From positions 1-13,706 of the forward strand of contig JBJXGI010000070.1 of NCBI GenBank assembly GCA_046153645.1: a stretch of 13,706 bases of DNA, given 5' to 3'. The notes below the pieces were generated by a model. That model did no database searches, was not told where the DNA came from, and saw only the letters and a program-made list of their open reading frames with translations. The DNA is from Elusimicrobiota bacterium. Its GTDB lineage: Bacteria > Elusimicrobiota > Elusimicrobia > F11. Below, piece by piece: positions 8,791 to 13,706 of the stretch (its first letter is position 1; each line of letters begins with the position of its first letter). The position numbers and the translations under genes were made by a program.

Positions 8791-11375
8791 TGATACTAGA
8801 CTCGTCTTCATCTTCACGAAATTCTTCTCTTGTTATTCAATATCCTTCCGTTCAGTTAACTGAAAATCAAAAAAAAGTAATTCAAGATAAATACTTGAAA
8901 GGAAGTGAGTCCGTCGAATCCTGGCTTGCTGGTGTGGCAAGAAATATTGCCTTAGCTGAACTTCTTTATCATCCCAACTCTTCTTTGTGGGGGTTATTTG
9001 ACGGCGTTCGTGTTTTTAAAAAAGAATTTTTAAATCCCATAAAAGATTCTCCGGCCCCTCAACTGAATCGATATTGTTTATTTCATTCAGGTATTCATTC
9101 TTCATCAGAAAGAGAGCTGAATTTTTTAAGATTTATTAGCAATTGTAACTTAGCCGTTGAAAAGTACAGCGAAGCAAAGCAATGCGTTGGAGAATGGGAA
9201 AATCGGTTTTATGACTTTTTGTCCAGTTGGAGTTTTCTTCCTAACTCTCCTACGCTCATGAATGCTGGGCGTGATTTACAACAATTATCGGCTTGTTATG
9301 TTTTGCCTGTAGAGGATTCAATGGAAGGTGTTACAAATGCTTTGCAGGCGCAAGCGCTCATTCATAAATCGGGCGGTGGAACAGGTTTTTCTTTTGAGCG
9401 AATGCGTCCTCAAGGGGATCGAGTTAAATCAACAGAGGGTGTTGCTTCTGGCGTTATTTCATTTATGCAAGTTTTTGATCGGATGACGGCAGTTGTCAAG
9501 CAAGGGGGAAATCGTCGTGGGGCGAATATGGGCGTTCTTCCTTATTGGCATCCAGAAATAAAAGAATTTATTAATTTGAAAAAAAGACCCGGCGTGATGG
9601 AAAATTTTAATATCTCTGTTACTGTAGATGATAAATTTTTTGAAGCTGTTGAAAACAATCAGGATTTTGATTTTATTAATCCAAGAACCAAACAAACTGT
9701 AGGAAAGCAATCCGCCAGAGAATTGTTTGATCTTATTATTGAAAATGCGTGGAGAACTGGTGACCCCGGCCTGATTTTTATTGATCGGATCAATAACACT
9801 TCATCGAACCCCACACCTGTTTTGGGAAAAATTGAATCAACAAATCCTTGCGGAGAACAACCCTTACTTCCAAATGAACCCTGTAATTTGGGGTCTATTA
9901 ATTTATTTAAATTTGTTAAAGGTGATTTGGGACAAGCTGAGATCGATTGGGATCATCTTAAAAAAGCCATTTACCTTGGTGTTCGATTTCTAGAAGATGT
10001 AATTGATGTAAATAATTATCCACTGCCTGAAATGGAAGTCCTCGCAAAAACCAATCGACGAATTGGAATTGGAATCATGGGTTGGGCTGAAACTCTTGTG
10101 ATGTTGGGGATTGCGTATGATTCTGAAAAAGCAATCCAAACAGGTCAAACACTTATGAAATTTTTTAACGAAGCGGCCCTCGAAGCTTCAGAGGAATTGG
10201 CCAATGAAAGAGGCGTTTTTCCTAATTGGAGAAACAGTGTGTATGACCCCAAGGGGTCATTTTATCGAGGTGTTGAAAAACGTCCTCGAAATTGTGCGAG
10301 AACCACAATCGCTCCCACTGGAACCATTGGTTTAGCGGCGGGGCTTCAAGGCTCAGGGATAGAACCATTCTATGGAATTGCTTATACACGATATAGTGCC
10401 AAAGCATTAGAGGCGATTAAAAATAATCAACCGCCTGAACCCAAGGATATTTATTTTGAAGTTAATCCGCTTTTTAAAGAAATTGCAAAAAATCATAACT
10501 TTTTTGGTTTAAATGAAACGGAATTGTGGAAAAAAATTGAGAAAAACAAAAAATCAGTCAAAGGGATTTCTGAAATCCCTGCCAATATTCAAGCCTTATT
10601 TGTTACCGCGCATGATGTAAGCATCGAGTTTCATGTTCGAATTCAATCTGCTTTTCAAGAGTATGTTGATAATGCTGTTTCTAAAACAATCAATTTGCCT
10701 CACCAGGCTACATTAGAAGATGTTCGACACTCATTTATTTTAGCTCACAAGTTAGGATGCAAAGGCATTACCATTTATCGGGATGGGAGCAAGCAGCAGC
10801 AAGTCCTTAATCTTCAATCCCAAACTAGAAAAAATAACAGAAAAGAACGTGATTTAAGTTCTGATGTTTTCTCGGAATATTATGAGATAAAAACCGGTTA
10901 TGGCCCTATCCATGTTCATATTGATTTTGATCACACGGGGCCCTATCGATTGTTTTCAGGTTTTTCTGAGGTGGGAACTGAACTCTCAGGGTTAACTTCT
11001 TCTTTAGGGGTTATCATCTCAAAATATTTAGAAGAAGGCGGGAATGCCAATGGTCTTATTAAACATCTTGAATCTGTCAAAGGCGATCGCCCCTTTGGTT
11101 TAGGAAAAGCAAAGGTTCATTCTATTTCACATGCGATTGCCATTGCCTTAAAGACACACCTTCAAAAGCATGGTTGGCTGGAAGATTCTGATAGTGAATC
11201 CTTTCTTTCTCCTGAGTTTTCTTCAACATCAAACCAAAATCCGGCCGCGCTGGAACTTTGGAATTTAACCCATTTAACGGAGCAATGTCCTAAGTGTCTT
11301 AGCTCTAACGTTACTTATTCGGCCGCGTGTAATGGTCCTGTTTGTCATGACTGCGGCTTTTCGGAGTGCAATTAA
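8790..11375 (+). CDS. nrdJ: Class II adenosylcobalamin-dependent ribonucleotide reductase
   Basis: FLPNSPTLMNAG, LSACYV (Cys 9294-9296), GGGTG, QGGNRRGANM, TNPCGEQ (thiyl Cys 9849-9851), CNLGSINL, TIAPTGTI, DNAVSKTIN, KGITIYRDGS, C-terminal TSCPD-like domain and CPKC...CxxxxCHDCGFSEC tail; no nrdB nearby, no ATP-cone. ATG 8790 overlaps the nrdR TGA (TGATG). Confidence 0.95.
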   Translation: MILDSSSSSRNSSLVIQYPSVQLTENQKKVIQDKYLKGSESVESWLAGVARNIALAELLYHPNSSLWGLFDGVRVFKKEFLNPIKDSPAPQLNRYCLFHSGIHSSSERELNFLRFISNCNLAVEKYSEAKQCVGEWENRFYDFLSSWSFLPNSPTLMNAGRDLQQLSACYVLPVEDSMEGVTNALQAQALIHKSGGGTGFSFERMRPQGDRVKSTEGVASGVISFMQVFDRMTAVVKQGGNRRGANMGVLPYWHPEIKEFINLKKRPGVMENFNISVTVDDKFFEAVENNQDFDFINPRTKQTVGKQSARELFDLIIENAWRTGDPGLIFIDRINNTSSNPTPVLGKIESTNPCGEQPLLPNEPCNLGSINLFKFVKGDLGQAEIDWDHLKKAIYLGVRFLEDVIDVNNYPLPEMEVLAKTNRRIGIGIMGWAETLVMLGIAYDSEKAIQTGQTLMKFFNEAALEASEELANERGVFPNWRNSVYDPKGSFYRGVEKRPRNCARTTIAPTGTIGLAAGLQGSGIEPFYGIAYTRYSAKALEAIKNNQPPEPKDIYFEVNPLFKEIAKNHNFFGLNETELWKKIEKNKKSVKGISEIPANIQALFVTAHDVSIEFHVRIQSAFQEYVDNAVSKTINLPHQATLEDVRHSFILAHKLGCKGITIYRDGSKQQQVLNLQSQTRKNNRKERDLSSDVFSEYYEIKTGYGPIHVHIDFDHTGPYRLFSGFSEVGTELSGLTSSLGVIISKYLEEGGNANGLIKHLESVKGDRPFGLGKAKVHSISHAIAIALKTHLQKHGWLEDSDSESFLSPEFSSTSNQNPAALELWNLTHLTEQCPKCLSSNVTYSAACNGPVCHDCGFSECN

Positions 11376-11959
11376 TGCCTATTAAATCTGATAATTGGAT
11401 TATTGAACAATGTGAATCTAATCAAATGATTCACCCCTATTCACGTGAACAAGTTAAAAAAATTGAATTACCTAATGGAAATTCCAGAAAAGTGATTTCT
11501 TATGGAGTTTCAAGTTACGGGTATGACATTAGATTAGGTAATACTTTTAGAGTATTAAACGCCGAGCAAAATATTGAACTTGATCCCAAAAACGTACGGC
11601 CCCAACTTTTTAGAACAGTACGAGCGGATGACTATTTGGTACTGCCGCCCCATGGATTGGTACTTGCTCAAACAATAGAATATTTTAAAATCCCAAGAGA
11701 TATCTTAACGATTTGTTATGGCAAGTCAACTTATGCAAGGTGTGGAGTTTTGGTTAACGTGACTCCTTTTGAGCCAGAATGGGAAGGTTTTGCAACAATT
11801 TCAATTAGCAACACCAGCGCATGCCCCGTTCGTCTTTATGCGGGAGAGGGTATTGCGCAATTAATTTTCTTAAAGGCTGATGAAGTCTGTGCAGTTTCTT
11901 ACGCAGATAAAGGTGGGAAGTATCAAGCCCAACTTGAGCCAACAGCAGCAAAGGTTTAA
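11375..11959 (+). CDS. dcd: dCTP deaminase
   Basis: MPIKSDNWI, ISYGVSSYGYDIR, GKSTYARCG, VNVTPFEPEWEG, YAGEGIAQ, YADKGGKYQ. Start set to ATG 11375 (TAATG overlap with the nrdJ stop; GGAG SD at 11363-11366). Confidence 0.97.
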   Translation: MPIKSDNWIIEQCESNQMIHPYSREQVKKIELPNGNSRKVISYGVSSYGYDIRLGNTFRVLNAEQNIELDPKNVRPQLFRTVRADDYLVLPPHGLVLAQTIEYFKIPRDILTICYGKSTYARCGVLVNVTPFEPEWEGFATISISNTSACPVRLYAGEGIAQLIFLKADEVCAVSYADKGGKYQAQLEPTAAKV

Positions 11960-11983
11960 CTGTTTATCGTTTTGTGATATTCT
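11955..11983 (+). promoter_or_regulatory. Possible extended -10 promoter for guaB3-guaA
   Basis: TGaTATTCT (11975-11983), with a weak -35 TTTAAC (11955-11960) at 17-nt spacing. Confidence 0.3.
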
Positions 11984-12050
11984 TCACCTAAGTTTTTGAA
12001 GAAACCCATCGTTAGATAGTTCAATTACATATATTTCGGTAGCTTTTATC

Positions 12051-12150
12051 CTGTCATCCCGACATGTCTTTAGCCGGGATCCATAAAAGCATTAATTTTA
12101 TAGTAGCTGAATCCCAGATCAACTTACGAAACAGTTGTCCGGGATGGCGG
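12051..12150. repeat. Composite palindromic intergenic element (REP/RPE/dRS3-like)
   Basis: CTGTCATCCCG (12051-12061) pairs with CGGGATGGCGG (12140-12150) with two G-U pairs; internal hairpins ATCCCG/CGGGAT (12056-12080), ATAAAA/TTTTAT (12083-12101), ATCCC...CAACT/AGTTG...GGGAT (12111-12145). Confidence 0.6.
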
Positions 12151-12173
12151 CGCAATTTTCTTAGGAGGAAGTT

Positions 12174-13337
12174 ATGGCATTTTTTATTGGACGTGAACGT
12201 GAAGCAAGGAGGGCCTATGGTTTTGATGAAATTGCATTGGTTCCAGGCCCTTTAACAATTAACCCCGCTGAAGTTGATATTTCAGTGACCATTGGCGGTA
12301 TTAAAATCAAAGCTCCTTTTATTGCCTCTGCCATGGATGGGGTTGTCGATGTTAAATTTGCAGTTTCTATGGCTAAATGCGGGGGAGTTGCCGTTCTTAA
12401 TTTAGATGGTGTCCAGACTCGTTATGAAGATCCTTCTGAAATTTTTGGCGAAATTCAAAAAGCCACACCTGAAGAAGCCACTGAATTAATTCAAAAAATG
12501 TACAAAGAACCCATCAAAGAAAAGTTGATTGGAAAAAGAGTAGAAGAAATGAAAAAAGCTGGGATTCAACCCGCTGTTTCATGTATTCCTCAAAATGCCG
12601 AGAAATTTGGTGGTATCGCTCAAGAAGCTGGCGCCTCTTTTTTCTTCGTTCAAGCCACTGTTATTACCGTTCGTCACACTGCCACGACATATAAAACTGT
12701 TGATCTTCATAAACTCTGTAAAAAAACATTAAATATACCTGTCATTCTCGGAAATACTGTTCAATATGATGGAGCCTTAGAATTATTAGATTCAGGTTGC
12801 GCAGCTATTTTGGTTGGCGTGGGGCCAGGATCGGCCTGTACTTCTCGTGGCGTGTTGGGCATTGGAGTTCCTCAGGTGACGGCCACTGTTGACTGTGCTG
12901 CCGCGAGAGATTTTTATTATAAAAAAACCGGAAAATATGTTCCCATTATCACGGATGGGGGAATGAATACGGGTGGTGATATTTGCAAAGCTTTTGCCAG
13001 TGGGGCTGATGCTGTTATGGTCGGTTCTGCTTTTGCCAGAGCCAAAGAAGCACCTGGTGGGGGATATCACTGGGGAATGGCAACACCACATCATAATCTT
13101 CCTCGTGGAACCCGAATTCGGGTTGGAACAACGGGAGCTTTGGAAGAAATAATGAATGGACCCGCCCGAACAGATGATGGAACACAAAATTTGGTTGGTG
13201 CGTTGAGAACTTGCATGGGAACAGTGGGTGCCGCCAATATCCGAAATATGCAATTGACGGAAATTGTCCTGGCTCCGGAAATTAAACACGAGGGGAAATT
13301 GTTTCAGAAAGCTCAAAAAATAGGAATGGGAAAATAA
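12174..13337 (+). CDS. guaB3: GuaB3-family IMP dehydrogenase (no CBS/Bateman domain)
   Basis: IGREREARRAYGFDEIALVPG N-terminus typical of GuaB3, ASAMDGVVD, GVGPGSACTSR (catalytic Cys), DGGM, GADAVMVGS, HWGMATP..NLPRGTR; 387 aa; strong AGGAGG SD at 12163-12168. Confidence 0.93.
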   Translation: MAFFIGREREARRAYGFDEIALVPGPLTINPAEVDISVTIGGIKIKAPFIASAMDGVVDVKFAVSMAKCGGVAVLNLDGVQTRYEDPSEIFGEIQKATPEEATELIQKMYKEPIKEKLIGKRVEEMKKAGIQPAVSCIPQNAEKFGGIAQEAGASFFFVQATVITVRHTATTYKTVDLHKLCKKTLNIPVILGNTVQYDGALELLDSGCAAILVGVGPGSACTSRGVLGIGVPQVTATVDCAAARDFYYKKTGKYVPIITDGGMNTGGDICKAFASGADAVMVGSAFARAKEAPGGGYHWGMATPHHNLPRGTRIRVGTTGALEEIMNGPARTDDGTQNLVGALRTCMGTVGAANIRNMQLTEIVLAPEIKHEGKLFQKAQKIGMGK

Positions 13338-13706
13338 TGATTGTTATCCTGGATTTTGGTTCCCAATACACTCAACTCATCGCTCGTAAAGTGCGTGAGT
13401 CAAATGTTTATTGTGAAATTCATCCATTTTCAAAAAAATGGTCGGAAATAGAATCGTTAAAACCTTCAGGAATTATTTTATCTGGTGGCCCGTCCAGCGT
13501 TTATGAGAAGAATGCGCCAAAACCAGACAAGAAAATATTCGAATCTGGGCTGCCTATTTTTGGTATTTGTTATGGACTTCAAGTTATATCTGAGTTTTTC
13601 GGTGGTAAAGTAGAAGCCGCTGATAAAAGAGAATATGGTCCAGCGACACTTGAAATGGTCACAAAAGATTCTCTTTTTACTCAACTTCCCAATAAAATTC
13701 CCGTTT
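13337..13706 (+). CDS. guaA: GMP synthase (glutamine-hydrolysing), N-terminal part, truncated by the window edge
   Basis: Translated by hand from ATG 13337 (TAATG overlap): MIVILDFGSQYTQLIARKVRE...GIILSGGPSSVY...PIFGICYGLQ...REYG; no stop before the window end. Confidence 0.97.
   Translation, partial: MIVILDFGSQYTQLIARKVRESNVYCEIHPFSKKWSEIESLKPSGIILSGGPSSVYEKNAPKPDKKIFESGLPIFGICYGLQVISEFFGGKVEAADKREYGPATLEMVTKDSLFTQLPNKIPV

Noticed and set aside
9459..10407. Small ORFs inside nrdJ (9459-9710, 9781-9993, 10222-10407)
   Set aside because: Shadows of nrdJ with no motif support.
8790..11375. Intein, intron or frameshift in nrdJ
   Set aside because: Common insertion points (QGGNRRGA, TNPCGEQ) are uninterrupted and the frame is continuous.
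11960..12173. Purine or ykkC (PRPP/ppGpp) riboswitch upstream of guaB3
   Set aside because: GGGATCCATAAAAGC only superficially resembles the ykkC 3' motif; the CTAGGGTTCCG core and the purine-aptamer junction motifs are absent.
12064..12255. 63-aa ORF as a guaB3 leader peptide
   Set aside because: Runs through the palindromic element, has no SD and overlaps guaB3 out of frame.
12792..13316. 174-aa - strand ORF
   Set aside because: Antisense shadow of guaB3.
13478..13684. 68-aa - strand ORF
   Set aside because: Antisense to guaA, which is clearly the real gene.

Overview
AT-rich bacterial chromosomal window dominated by a co-oriented, tightly coupled nucleotide-metabolism cluster on the + strand: HAD phosphatase - purA - carA - carB - [sigma70 promoter with tandem NrdR boxes] - nrdR - class II (B12-dependent) ribonucleotide reductase nrdJ - dcd - [palindromic REP-like element] - GuaB3-type IMP dehydrogenase - guaA (truncated at the right edge). 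Divergently, a >=512-aa ORF missing from the ORF track runs on the - strand from 1536 off the left edge. It reads as signal peptide + CBM-like domain + Pro-rich linker + one TM helix + a cytoplasmic degenerate GH13 (alpha-amylase-like) domain, and is the most unusual item here. I found no mobile element, CRISPR array, tRNA/rRNA or intein. Most of the window is housekeeping; the novel points are architectural and regulatory, and all family assignments are by eye, without database searches.
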